Shown here in pieces: positions 13,631 to 26,256 of a stretch of DNA of 64,000 nt. A program made the translations under genes and the position numbers. The stretch is from Guillardia theta CCMP2712 (Eukaryota > Protista > Cryptophyta), in the NCBI RefSeq assembly GCF_000315625.1, contig NW_005434613.1, forward strand, positions 209,309-273,308. Direction: 5' to 3'. Within the stretch, counting starts at the first letter, position 1. Each line of letters opens with the position of its first letter. The notes beneath the pieces are model-generated. The model was not told the DNA's origin. It was given only the letters and a program-made list of their open reading frames with translations, and ran no database searches.

Positions 13631-14893
13631 GTCGTCTGCCCTCCTTTCGGGCGCAGGATCTTTGACGAGCTCGGTGTCGGTGGTACCTTGGAGGCGCCTG
13701 ACGTCTCCTCTCCACATCTCCTTCTTGGGGCGATCGATCGGCGTCCCATGCTCGTGCGCGACCTTGCCCATCATCAGGCGGAGCACAAGATCTGTAGGCT
13801 GACCCGTCGAGTCAAGCCGCAAGGATCCTCGTCCGACTCCGATCCGCCTGTACACGGCTTGCTCGTTGTCGTCGTCGTCGTCGGAGTGGAGGCAGACGAC
13901 ATGGAAGGAGATGTTGTTGCCCTGCTGTAACTTGTTGAGAGGTAGGATGGTGTACTTGTAGCTCGACGACTTGCCTTCGTACTTTGCGTCCCTGTACGTC
14001 CAGCGCCCGGCGACCTCCGGCAGGCAGGAGACTGTTACTTGCATCAGCTCCACCAGTCGACCGAACCCAGCGTGCGGGAGGGGAAAGTCTTCCCCCTTTC
14101 CGAACTTGACCCATGAACGAGCATCTGCCTCATCTGAACAAAGTCTTCTCTGTATCATCACGTCGGGGCCCACGATGCCTCCCACCGACAGTTTGACTCC
14201 CCTTCCCGGTCGTTCATGATGGTCGTTGGTGCTTGCATGAGACATTTCGTCTGCCAGCCTGTGGAGCAACTGGTCGTCCATGTCTCGCCAACGCTCCTCC
14301 TTGAAGACTTGGTCATCGCGCTGCCCTCGCTCCACGATTCTCTCCAGTCTCAGCCTCTCCCTCCGAGCTCTGGGAGGCGCCTGCCGCTCAAGCCCGACGA
14401 CCATGGCGTCGAAGTAGCTCTCCTCATGCGACGCTCCAAGTCTGTGCAGGCCGAACCCTATCTCTGCTCCATCGCCTGAGATGTCCAGAACGCCAGCAAA
14501 CATGATCTTGTCCTTGTCCTGCACGAACGCGTAGGCCGTGTCGGCTGTAAGCCCGTCAGCTCCATCGGCAGCTCGTAGGAGAGGCCAGAAGCTCGTCAGC
14601 TCGTTGCGCCATGCAGTGATGAGCCGCTTGCCGCTCGTGACGACAGTGATGTGATCTGAGACGTACAGGACCGCAGCTGCGAAGTCTCGCCGCCACCCTC
14701 GGCGGACAGTCTCCCGGATGAGGTCGAAGTTGATGTCTCGTTCGTGCATGCGCAGAATGACATGATGGGTGAGCTGCTGCTGCAACATGTCAGTTGACAT
14801 GTGGGAGACATCAGTGAAGGATGTCCTGGACGTGCTGTCTTCTGCCGAGCGCGTGTCCTGCATCACCATCCCGCGATCCGTTTGATAGGACAT
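13589..14893 (-). CDS. Intronless ORF with an N-terminal DUF4258-like (RelE-fold-like) domain
   Basis: LTHHVILRMHERDINFDLIRETVRRG...ITVVTSGKRLITAWR fits the HAxxRMxERxI...G...VV...ITay pattern. 434-aa ORF with GC-rich third codon positions. Confidence 0.6.
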   Translation of the reverse strand: MSYQTDRGMVMQDTRSAEDSTSRTSFTDVSHMSTDMLQQQLTHHVILRMHERDINFDLIRETVRRGWRRDFAAAVLYVSDHITVVTSGKRLITAWRNELTSFWPLLRAADGADGLTADTAYAFVQDKDKIMFAGVLDISGDGAEIGFGLHRLGASHEESYFDAMVVGLERQAPPRARRERLRLERIVERGQRDDQVFKEERWRDMDDQLLHRLADEMSHASTNDHHERPGRGVKLSVGGIVGPDVMIQRRLCSDEADARSWVKFGKGEDFPLPHAGFGRLVELMQVTVSCLPEVAGRWTYRDAKYEGKSSSYKYTILPLNKLQQGNNISFHVVCLHSDDDDDNEQAVYRRIGVGRGSLRLDSTGQPTDLVLRLMMGKVAHEHGTPIDRPKKEMWRGDVRRLQGTTDTELVKDPAPERRADDLTAPTRTPRTSSA

Positions 14894-15184
14894 GCTTGCT
14901 CCTTGCAGAGATGTTGAAAGTGCGGGGAAAGGCGAGGATAAAAACGAGGAGGATGGGAGTAGATTGTTGTTCTTGTCGTAGATTTTAGGGATCTACGCAG
15001 AGGAAGTGGAAGAGAGGGAGAGCAGGCAGGGGGACGAGAGGAGGAAGAAGATAGTAGGGAGAAAATAGAAGATAAGAGGAGAGATGAAATGTGGCGGGCG
15101 AAGAGATGGAAAGTAAGGAAGAGAGGAGATGGAAATACACGCTCACGAGGTAGGAGAGGAGCAGAGGAGGAAAAGAAGAGAAAG

Positions 15185-15495
15185 GATGAGAAGAGAAGAA
15201 AGGAGAGGAGGAGAAGGTAGGAGAAGAGAAGCAGAAAGGAGAAGAGGCGAAGGTAAGAGGAGAGGAGGAGAAGGTAGGAGAAGAGAAGCAGAAAGGAGAA
15301 GAGGCGAAGGTAAGAGGAGAGGAGAAGGTAGGAGAAGAGGCGAAGGTAAGAGGAGAGGAGAAGGTAGGAGAAGAGGAGAAGGTAGGAAGAGAGGAGAAGG
15401 TAGGAGAAGAGGAGAAGGTAGGAGAAGAGAAGCAGAAAGGAGAAGAGGCGAAGGTAGGAGGAGAGGAGGAGGTAGGAGGAGGAGGAGGTAGGAGG
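15185..15495 (+). repeat. Purine-rich minisatellite, ~18-nt unit (AGGAGAAGAGGCGAAGGT variants)
   Basis: Visible tandem units; produces the repetitive spurious ORFs (SSPTF)n and (GEGRRR)n. Confidence 0.85.
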
Positions 15496-15974
15496 GGAGG
15501 AGGTAGGAGGGGAGGAGGTACGAGGAGGTAGGACGAGTTCTCAGCGACTGGTTGCTGGGAAATACAAGTTTGAGTTTCCATGGCACCCGCTGACCTTCGG
15601 ACTGGGCCGGCCCAGGGCCTGAAAGAACAAGGCAGTAGTGATAGACTACAGAATATCAATCACAATCATAGCAATGCCTAAATCATTTGCTAGTAAATTC
15701 AAACGAGGCGGGCTGGCTGTCAGATATATTTGATCGGATATATTTGATGAGGCAGGCTTGTGGTCAAGTGCAGAATGTCGGGGCAGGGCCTGGCAGGTGA
15801 TGGGAGGGCGGAGGAGGGAAGGGATGGAGGAGAGGGGTGAGGGAGGAGGAGAGGAGAAGGGAGAGGAGAAGGGAGAGGAGAAGGGAGAGGAGAAGGGAGA
15901 GGAGAAGGGAGAGGAAGGCGGAAGAAGGAAGGGAGACTGCGTGGAAGATCAGGAAGGAAGGGGGTTGAAGAAGG

Positions 15975-17819
15975 CGTGCGAGTGGATTGGAGCTGCCAGT
16001 GCCTCATCTTCTACGGGAGCATCGTCTACATGCTCCTCGTCCTGCTCGTTTCCACCTTTCAGCTGGGTCCGTTTGCTCCTCCTCCTCTTCCTCCCGTGAC
16101 CCTGAAGGAGAGAGAGGTCGTAGAAACTGCCACCACTCCAAGGTAACTTGCAGGAAGGCTGGACGTTCGATGCAGCAGCTGATGTTCGTCTTTCAGGTTC
16201 GACATCTTCGTTCATCCCTCCAGCGAGGATCGCTACATCTCTCTCTCCCTGCAGCGAGAGGGCATCTGGGAGGACGATGTGCATCGCCGTATGCAGCAGC
16301 TGCTGGGGCGGTACAGGGACGGGGCTCTTTTGGACGTAGGAGCCAACATCGGGTTCCACTCGCTGGCGGCAGCGGCAGCGGGTCATGATGTCATAGCAGT
16401 CGAACCTGTGAGTTTAGTGATAGAGGAGGGGAGGAGGAGCGTGCAGACAGAGGGAGAAGGGGAGGAGGAGGAGGAGCGAGAGGGAGGAGGAGGAGGAGGG
16501 GGGTGAAAGAAAGGAGAGAGGAGACAGGGGGAAGGGGGAGAGGATGGACAGGCAGGGCAAGCAAGGAGGTGTAGAAGACTAGACTAGACGAAGGGGCAGG
16601 GGAGGGAGAAAGAGGTTCTGTTGTCCTCGTGTCCGGTGACTTGTGGTGATCCTCCTCTCTTCCCTCCTTGCTCTGTCGTCCTCCTCGGTCCAACTCCGCC
16701 TCCTGCTCATCGTTACGCTCTCAGGTGGATCAGAACTGCCTGCTCTTCAACAAGAGCATCATCGCAAACTCGCTGAACAACATCAGACTCCACAAGCTGA
16801 TCGCGGGCAACGAGAGCGATGCGAGGAAGTGTATGCATGTTTCAGACATCAACAAAGGCCACAGCTTCGTCCGACCTCAGCATCTCCACCATGACATGTG
16901 GGTTTCTTTCTTTCTTGTTGCCTGCGATTCCTTGAGATTTGTAGTGACTGTTGTGTGGCGCTGATTTTAGTGTTCGTTGTGAGGTGATGTGTCTTACTAC
17001 CGCTTTCATACCGTGTCGTTTCTCATTCATAACTTCTCATTCATATCATGCTGTTCTCTTCTGACATATATCTCCCAGGGAGCAGAAACCTCACGGTGTG
17101 TCGTTTGTCGATCAGATCGGACATGTTGTATCCCGCATCCTCTCCAGGAGCAGCTCAGAAGCTCCAGCCAGCGTCCTCGAGGACTATCACCACCAGCGAC
17201 ACTCCTTGAATGACTGCGAGTTCCACCAGTCAACAACTCTGGACCAGGTTCTCCGTCAGGACCAAGACATCTCGCAGAGGTTGCTTGTCGCCAAGTTTGA
17301 CGTTGAAGGCTACGAGCTGCAGTCGCTGGCAGGCATGCGTTCTACTCTGCTCTCCCCGTCCGCTCCCTGCTACCTGCTCGTCGAGCTCTTCCCAAGGCTC
17401 CTGGAGCAGCAGAGGACGAGGACGGTGAGGGAGCGCTGGTGCTGAGACTGTTTTAACGTGTGGGAAGGAGGAAGTTGTACGTTTCCTCTCCGAGAAAGGG
17501 TATGAGCTACATCCCCTCGGAGGAGAGGAGGAGGAGGATGAGTCGGCTGCTGCTGGAAGGTGAGGGAGGAGGGGGAGGAGGAGGAGGAGGAGGAGGAGGA
17601 GGAGGGGAATGACATGTTCGAAGTTACGAAGCGCACGAGGAGTATGAGGAGAGCGAGAAGACGAGAACTTTTGTCTCCATGAGGGATAAGATGACGATGG
17701 CAGAGTTCAGGAAGAAGGATCTTAGGACCTGCCTGTCAAGGTTCGAGAGGAGGAAGGAAGGGGAAGAGGAGCCAAGGGAGAAGTTGGAGGGGAGGAGCGG
17801 GAGCGAGGGAGGACAGTGA
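15975..17819 (+). CDS. FkbM-family SAM-dependent methyltransferase with N-terminal membrane anchor; multi-exon
   Basis: LLDVGANIGFHSL...VIAVEP, TTLDQVL, VAKFDVEGYELQSLAGM, YLLVELFP. Hydrophobic LIFYGSIVYMLLVLLV upstream. Ends are approximate. Confidence 0.85.
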
Positions 17820-18252
17820 CGGTGAGGAGGAGGAGCGGGCGGGAGTTTTAACAGCGCGGATGCACCGAGCTGAGTGTAATGCTTGTTGAGACATTGTGTA
17901 TAATACAAGGGACTTGATGACAATCGTTGAATACTGAAAATGTACATGAAGTGGGAGGAGAGAAGAGGAGAAAGAAGAAGACTCAGGGAGGGGGGAGGGG
18001 AGGAGGGAGGAAGAAGAAACAATTAAGGAGGAAGGAGGAGGAGGGAGGAAAGGAAGTGGAAGGAATGATGTGGAGGAAGAAAACAGGTGGGAGGAGATTG
18101 GTAAAGTGGAAGTGGGAGGAGGAAGAGGGAGGAACAGAAGGAGAGGAGAGAAGAAGAGGAGGGAGCAAGTAGGAGGGAGAAGGGAGGAGGGAGGAGGGAG
18201 GAGGGAGAAGGGAGAAGGGAGGAGGGAGGAGGGAGGGAATTCCTCGAGCGTT

Positions 18253-18641
18253 TCAGTTTCGCCTTATGAGGACCAATGAGTGAGCCCCCCCGGCCCACAC
18301 ACGCAACTCGACCCGCCGCTCCTCCTTCCTGCCAGCGTCCTCCTCCTCCTCGCCATCCTCCTCCTCCTCCTCCTCTCCACCCTCTTCCTCCTCCTCCTCC
18401 CAGGCACTTTCCAGCTCCCTCGGGTGCAGCACGGGGTCATAACTAGTCACCACCGTGTCCCCCAGCTTGTGAGAAGTCGACGAGTCCAACCCCAGCTGAC
18501 CGTACCGGTTGTCACCCCACGCCAGCACCTGGACCGGTGGTGGGTAAGACTCAGCTGGGGCAGAGCTGGAATTTCTTTCTCACCTTCCCGCTGGATGTGA
18601 TAGCGATGGTGTGGTGGTCCCCGCAGGCAAAGGAAACGATT

Positions 18642-18674
<33 letters not shown>

Positions 18675-18941
18675 CTGCGCATGCCCTCTACCTCCCTCGC
18701 TCGGTACACCTCCTCCCCGATCGCCACGTCGGGCATTCCCAGCTGCAAGGGGAGAGCAGGAGAAGGAAGAGGAAGGTCGAACAACGGAGAGAGAAAATGG
18801 GGAAGGGAGGATGAGACAGTCAGATTCGGGAGAGAAACAGAGTTTGCAGCCTCTTTCTCATTTGGTTTGCTGCTATGGAAGTTGAATCTACAATGCTCCT
18901 CCTGTTCTGTCTCAATCTCTCGTTATCATCCCTATCCAGTA

Positions 18942-18983
<42 letters not shown>

Positions 18984-20453
18984 ATCTCGCTCCTGCTGCT
19001 ACCAGCACAACCTTACCTGCCCATGAGAGTTGCATCCCCACGCAAACAAGCATCTTCTCCCCGTCTTCTCGCTCCTCCCTATCGCGACACTGTGGCATAC
19101 TCCTGCTCTTATCTCAGTTCCTTCTATTTCCCCCTCCCCCTTCACCCCTCCTGCTCTTCCTCCCCCCCCACCGCTTCTTGGTCCTCCAACCTCCTCCCTC
19201 CCCTTCCTCTGGTCCTCGCAACCCTCCCCACGATTGCAAACTTCTGCCCATTCCTCCTCCTCTCCACCCCCCCCAACCTTCAACCTCCTCCCTCCTCTCA
19301 CCGCACTGGATGTCTGTCACATGCTTGTCCAGCAGGGGCTCCACGAGCTGCGGGACAGGCCAGGCAGGGGGGCCTCCTCTGATCCCCGTCCCCAGCAGGC
19401 CCCCAGCATTCTTTCCCACCACGAAAACCTTCCCCGACGAGCAGAGGAAGAAAGAGAGCAGCGGTCCTCCCCTCACCTCCTCGCACTCCTCCCCCTTGGG
19501 CAGCCACGGCATGACATGCGGCGAGCTGACATTCTGCTGATGCCCCAGCCCGAGCTGGCCGAAGTCGTTCCTCCCCCAGGAGAACACCACCCGCTCCTCT
19601 GTCACCGCAAAGCTTGAGCTCCCACCACAGCTCACCCTCACGGCTCCCTTCCCTGCCAGGCTCCTGATCGCTGCTGGCTCCGTCTGATGCCTGCACGTCC
19701 TCCTGTATCCCAGCTCTCCTCCTCCCAGCCCCAGCTCGCCATCGAGGTTGCTCCCGCACGCAAACACCGCTGTGCTCTGCTCCTGCACCAGCAGGAGCGT
19801 GTGGAAGTCGCCGCAGGCAATCTGTAGGACAGTTCTGTTGAGCAGGAGGGAGACCAAGGCCGGTCTTTCCCTCCTGTCTCCGCATCCTGTGTTAGCTCCG
19901 AACGCGTCGGGGCGGTCCTCGATCGTGTTGGATGTCCCGATGCCGAGCTGGCCGCAATGGTTCTCTCCGCAGCCCAACACCTGCGAGTTCATGAGCGATT
20001 TGTGTGCGGGTTAGGAAGAAGACGAGAGGAGAGACGAGAAGACGAGGTGGTGGTGGTGGTGGTGGTAGAGGAGGAGGAGGAGGAGGAGGAGGAGGAGGAG
20101 GAGATAATGGTGGTGGTGTTGATGATGAAGACGAGGAGGAGGAGGAGGAGGAGGAGGAGGAGGAGGAATTCGACTCCCAATTCCGGGGGGAAGGATAGGG
20201 CGTATGGGGTAACAGGACCTGGCCGTCCTCAGTCCTGATCATGGTGAAGTTGCGACCGCAGACGAGCTCAGCAGGCATCTTGTTCTGCAAGAGAGAGGTC
20301 AAGTCCGTCGGCCTTGTATGCTCGCTGCCATGGGCGTCGGGGGAAACGTGAAGGAGCTGCCCCTCCTGGTGCAGAGCCATGGTCAGGAGGACAAGGTTTC
20401 GCCATCCCATCGCTCACATCATTCTTGCCGAACCCTAGCAAGCGCCATATTCT

Positions 20454-20485
<32 letters not shown>

Positions 20486-20549
20486 TCCTTCTGCCGTGTC
20501 CTCCTGCTCCTCCTGCTCCAGCACTTGCCCTTGCGTCGTGCTGGAGCAT
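18253..20549 (-). CDS. RCC1-repeat protein; multi-exon
   Basis: Repeats CGENHCGQLG, IACGDFHTL, CGSNLDGELG, SWGRNDFGQLG, AWGCNSHGQ, ACGDHHT, AWGDNRYGQLG, AGGAHSL. Confidence 0.92.
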
Positions 20550-21144
20550 GGAATCGGATCAGGACCTGGATGACACCAATAGTTGGGGTTAGTAGAGAAA
20601 TGGGTGGGTGGTACTTGGTAAATTGGTGGTCATGTACCATATGAAAACACGATTGAGTATGGGGTGGGTAGTGAATGGCGGGGGTGGGGTGATAGGAAAA
20701 GTTTCGACGATGCAGGAGAGGAGGGAGGGAGGGGAGCGCAAGGAGCCGAAGAGGGAGAAGGAGGTGCAGGAGATGTAGCTCATGGTGGAAGTAGACATGC
20801 CATGATCACAGGACAACGTAGGACATGGTTCAATGATGAGCACGAGAGCAGACTGAGAGGAATTCTGTTGAGAAGCGATTGAAGGATCATGGTAGAGGAG
20901 GGCAGGGGAGGAAGGGGCAGGAGAGGATGATGAAGATAAGAGAAGAAGATGTAAGGTGTGATAAGAGGAAGCTGATTGCAATCGACAGTGGTGAAGTAGC
21001 GTGAGGGCCCAGCCTGGCGGAGGGGATGAAGGGTGAAGGAGAGAGTGGAGGAGGGAGCCTGGTTGAATCGTGACCAGATGAGGTGTAGCGTGAGAGAAGG
21101 AGAGGGGGTAGCTCGTCGAGACATTCCTGACCTGAAGATGCAGG

Positions 21145-21812
21145 ATGTCAGGCGAAGCAGGGAAACGTCCCCCCCCTCCTTCTCCCCTGGAACGAAGCAA
21201 CAGCGTGGGGCAGATACAAGCCAAGAGGCCTGCGTCGGGAGCAGCTCCTCCTGCTTCGGGGAACGCCGTGACGGTAGCAGCGCTAGCAGCTCAGATGCAG
21301 GACGCAAAGAGAACGAGAGATCATCAGAACCAGAGGCAGACTGCGATGCAAGTACGTGGACGTGTCCAACTTTGCGCCTCCTCTTGTCCTGTGCCGTGTC
21401 GCTGTGTGTTTCTTGCTCTGGGCATGTGGATATGCCGAAATCTCTTCGAGCCTCTTCTCTCTCGTTCGCTCCCCTTCCTCCTTCTCCCCCTCCTCCCTGT
21501 CCTCCTCCTCCTCCTCCTCCTCCTCGTCTTCCTCCCCCTCCTCCCCCGCCCCCCGCCCCTCCTCCTCCTCCTCCTTCTCCTTCCTTCCCCCCTATCATCT
21601 CATGACGAGATGGGCTGTGCGCATACACTGACTTCCCCTTCCTCTGCAGGCGATGAATGCCAAGAAATGCACGCTCTATGTGAGATGTTGAGTTTGCTGT
21701 TCCAGCCACTGACACTGTCATGCAGGAAATGTACAACTTCAATGGGTTTGATAATGTACAGATTGTTCCTTGCTTGCCATCAGCGAAGCCCAAAGAGCAA
21801 GTCCAGAAATGA
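21145..21812 (+). CDS. Small hypothetical protein (spliced)
   Basis: Coding-like exon SGEAGKRPPPP...QRQTAMQ ending at a GTACGT donor, followed by short exons. No family recognised. Confidence 0.3.
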
Positions 21813-22267
21813 TATCTATCTGTAAATGTACAAGTAAAACAACATACAATGATGCGAGGCGATGTGCAGGAGGAGGAGGAGGAGGAGGACAAAAAATGGT
21901 GGCGATGGTGGTGATCGAGGTTGGTGGGAAGGGAACAGGAAGGATTTTTGGTGGTGGAACACGGTACTTGTACAGTTATTCAATCATCGAATCAAGAAAC
22001 CGAAGGGCTTCCCGTTAAGTTAGCAATCAAGCATAATTTGAGTCAGTGTCCTTTGCGCTCGCTATCGTACATATTCAGATATTTTTCCTTCGATCAATAC
22101 TGCAGAACAACAACAGGTGTCAGTGGAACAGAGACAGCAAGGTTAGAAGGGAGGGAGACAAGACTCACGTAATATCCCTGCACTTCCACTGTTGCACAAG
22201 ATTGATGTCAGTCCACGTTCCAACAGGCAGGGCCAGCAAAAGTCACCTTCACTTCCATCGTCTATCC

Positions 22268-24431
22268 TCAGAGTGATCTCGTGCGTAGCAGTCTGGTCCG
22301 GCTCCCGGTCCGGTACCACCTGCGAGGGGACGCGTTAGATCCCGGCGGCGCTGCAACGACACTCGTTGACAACAGGCGACGCAGGCAAGAGCTTGCAGGG
22401 GGGGGGGGGGGGAGAGGAGGTTCAAGAGCAGGAGAAGCGAGGAAGGAGGACGAAGGAGACAGGCGAGTATGACTGTAGCTGATCCCATCGGGGACAGCCA
22501 CGTCAGCACAGCACACAGCAACTCCCCGCACACCCTCCACATCGATCAGACCGGCTGCACAATGTAGTCCAGCTGCACTCCAACAGCCGTGGAGAGCCTC
22601 CGTATCCGATTCGTCCCGTATCCCCTGACCTCTTGACCTTCCCCTACGCCTCCCTGCGGATCCTCCGTCCCTTCCCCGGCTTCTGCGGGATGAAATTCGA
22701 GGACTTGGCTGTGCTCCTCTTGCTGCCCTCCCTCGGCACCCTCCTGCACGTGATCGGAGGACCTTCGATTGCGGGAGACTCGCCGAGCCTGCTCGTGGCC
22801 ATCAACGGGTGGAACAGCAGGGATTCAGAGCGGAGGGTGTGAAGAAGGAAGTGGTGGAGCAAGATAGGATGGGATGGACGAACCCAGAGGTAGACAAGGA
22901 GGAAGAGGACGGGGGAGTGGGAGTGGGACAAGCTCGAGAGCACTTCTATGGGAACAACAAGGAGCACAGGAGAGAGGATGCAAGAGGAAGCATTGAGACA
23001 GGAACAATAAGGGAGTGTTAGAGGGAGGAGGAGGAGGAGGAGGAGGAGGAGGGAACGGACCGGCACAGCAATCGCGATGCACTCAAGCATGTCGTCCTTC
23101 GTGACATTCTCGTGAGGCAGCACAACAAGTGCAACTTTCTTCTCCGGCTGCTGGTCCTCCTCAGGCTGGTCATGGTTGACCACCGACACAGTCCGGCTGC
23201 AACCAGGCATGAGCGAAAAGAGTACACCACCAGCTCAACGATCAGCTCACCTTCTGAAGATCCAGCCGACCGCAAAGATAAGAACCCAATCCGCTGCCTC
23301 CGCAGAAGCGGGGTAGACGAACTGCATGTCGTAGGAGAGCATGAAAGTCTGGATGATCTGGAGGAGGACTTGGACGAACAAGTAAGTGACGATGCTGGTG
23401 CGGAAGAAGGCGTAGACTCTGACAAGCTCCTTCAGGATGTTGTACTCAGTGTCCCTCCTGTTCTCGCTGTCAAGGTGCATCAGCCGCCCGATGAGAGCTT
23501 GGTAGTTGAGAGCGATGGAAGCGAAGATTATCCTGAGCACGATGATGAAGATGAACACCCACATGAAGAGGAAGAGCCCTTGGAAGAGATCATAGGTAAA
23601 GGTCGCGATCGCTAGCCAGCAGAGTGAGAAGAGGATAGTCCTGAGCTCCGTAATGTTAGTTTCCCACCTCACCACCATCAGCCCCTTGGCCAGCACGAGG
23701 AGAGCAGTAAAGAGGACCCCTCTGTAGATTGAGCTCGAGATGTATCGAATGACGTTCAGCCATGGAATAACTTGCCCGGTCACTCTGACATCCTCCCAGA
23801 ATTTGTGGGTGATTGCCATGTTCACGGCCTGAACCATCGGCACGCACGTCAGCATCTTCTGCAGCATTACGTTGATGTCTCGTCGCACGACCCACGTCAG
23901 CACCCAGAGAGCCGACGTGAACACCCAAACGCCAGTGAGAAAGAGGTACACTTGTGAGTAGTTTCTGTACTCACAACTCAGCTGCCCGAAGCTATTCAAG
24001 TATTCATATTGTATCAACACGCCCGCAGTTGTCTGCTTGTTGGTGTTGGAGCACATGAGCATCGCAAACACTTTCTTGCCATTCACATGCTTGGCCCGAG
24101 CTGTGATCTGTCCATCTACCGAAGGAATCGCTCGCTCACAGAGTGAGCTTGCAGGCAACGAGCATAGATCACTCGCAGTGTAGATGCTGTAATATTGTGA
24201 CTCAGAGCAGATGAGCAGGTTGACACTTGAGCAGGTTTCGCAACGGGCCTGCACATCTATCTGCAGAGATCCGTCTTCGAAACAAAATTGATCAAAAGAC
24301 AAGAATTGTTGGTTCGTGGTTACGGACAGCTGGCCTTTCATGGCATCACAAACTTGCAATATGAAGAGCAGCGGTATAAGCCCATGGCGAAGCAAGCAGG
24401 GTCTATAACGCTTCTCGATCATCCTATCCAT
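22268..24431 (-). CDS. GOST / lung seven-transmembrane receptor family (GPR107/TMEM87-like) protein
   Basis: Signal peptide, Cys-containing luminal domain (F..F.F...G), YEYLNSFGQLS motif, then ~7 hydrophobic helices with LLVLAKGLMVVR. Further short 3' exons are approximate. Confidence 0.8.
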
Positions 24432-26256
24432 GTGATCTTCTTCAAATCATGTGTTTTTCATCATCATCTTCCCATCGTGTTCCCAATGTTTCAGAAAGGT
24501 AAGGAATTTTCACTTCCTCCGAGCGCTTGGTTCTCCTCTGAGCATCTGTGAGAAATTGTCAGCAACGAGGCTACAAAGCTTACGGGCACATGCTCAAGTG
24601 AGGTGAGATTTCTAGCTCACATCATTTTTGACCTAATCCTTTATCGTTCTTCAACCTCCCCCAAACTAAGATTCAGCAACTATTCTATTATTCAAGTCCT
24701 TCGAAGCCTGTAAGAGAATGATCATGTGATCTCCTCAATTAAAATGCAATACAACAATCGACAGGTTCTCCAATATGCTGCTTGTTGTTTGCCAGCTCTG
24801 AATTTTGAACTCATCGACCCAACAATCTTTCGTCCTGATCCTGTTTCTCACAAGATAACCTCACCATACAGACTTTCAGCTCTATGATCACACATATGAT
24901 ACGATGTTCACAACTTCTCCTCGCCATATTTCGCTCCCTCCATCTCACCTCATGGTGTCCTGGCGGCTCCTGCCATGCATTCGCCACAGCCGACCCGCCA
25001 GCCATGAAACTGATCGAGCTGTGTCGTAAAAAGCAGATAAAAGAAATATTTTAAAAAATCGGGAAGTGAGCAATAGAATATTGAACATTTATTGTATCCG
25101 ATACTCTGGATATTGACCTTTATGTGGTTGCGGCAATTGAATTTGATGAGAGTCGTTTCATTTATATGCCGACCACCATTGTAAAACACTTCTACAGTTT
25201 TCTTGAGCATTTGTACCACCAGGTGAGTTATAGCACACAATAATTAATTTTTTAATAATAGAATGTTTTTGGTCGGATCCTTCCGACGGTGAAAGATCTC
25301 TGCCAAAAAGTAGGGGTACTGAAAGGAGATATGGGGGTGGGGGGGACCAGTCCAGCTTCACTGATGATGTGGCTTTGATATGGGCTGATATGGCTCTGAT
25401 ATGGACCCATATCAAAGCAATGGGCTGGTCCTTTAAAATTTAATATCTATAAATTATAATAAAATTGTGCCGCATATGGAATGCGCCTGAAACCATTCGT
25501 ACAATCAACTTATGTTAATAATCATTGTTGCTTTTCGTGGTACAAGTAAACAATTCATATATAAGTTTACTTTTTGAAAGTTTGGACCTTTAGCTCCACG
25601 ATAACACAATCATGAGAAGTTCCATTTCCAAAGTTCCAAAGTTAGAATATTGTCGAGGGGTAGGGGTAGTATTTTCAATGCGATTGTCTGAAAATGAGGG
25701 TAGGGGTGCTTCAAAAGTTCAAACAACCGGTACTTTACTCGGGAAATATTACCCGCTCTTGGGGAACTCTGGCCCAATGCATTGGGTAAACCAGGATAGG
25801 TGGGGTGGATGGCTCTGGTAGGTGGGTGGGGGTAATGCGGTAGAGGGTAGGGGTGCAACCCAATCGCCACGCAGGCATCAAGATTCCATGCAGGACGAAC
25901 TGAGGAGTAGCGGAAGGGAAACCAGGAGGAGCGGTAGCAGGAGCAGGAAGCAGGAAGCAGGAAGCAGGAAGCAGGAGGCAGGAAGCAGGAAGCTGGAAGC
26001 TGGAAGCTGGATCAGGAGCAGGATCAAGAGCAAGAGCAGGAGCAGGAGAAGGAGCAGGAGGAGGACATTTGTCAGTTAATTGTTTTATGAAGGAATTCGA
26101 GACTTTGGACATAGGAACAGCAATTCCGTTGTTGTAGAAGATCTCAAAACTTTCAACATGAGGCAAAGTGCTGAGAATCCTGAGCGAACTGAACCCATCA
26201 CTTGTGTTCTCGATCCAAGTACACACAAACTGAGTTCAAGGGGCAGGCCGTACAAG

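Noticed and set aside
14985-15659. Repetitive ORFs (SSPTF)n / (GEGRRR)n
   Set aside because: Translations of a minisatellite.
20780-21892. 370-aa minus-strand Gly-rich ORF
   Set aside because: Runs through (GGA)n tracts; splice signals favour a plus-strand gene.
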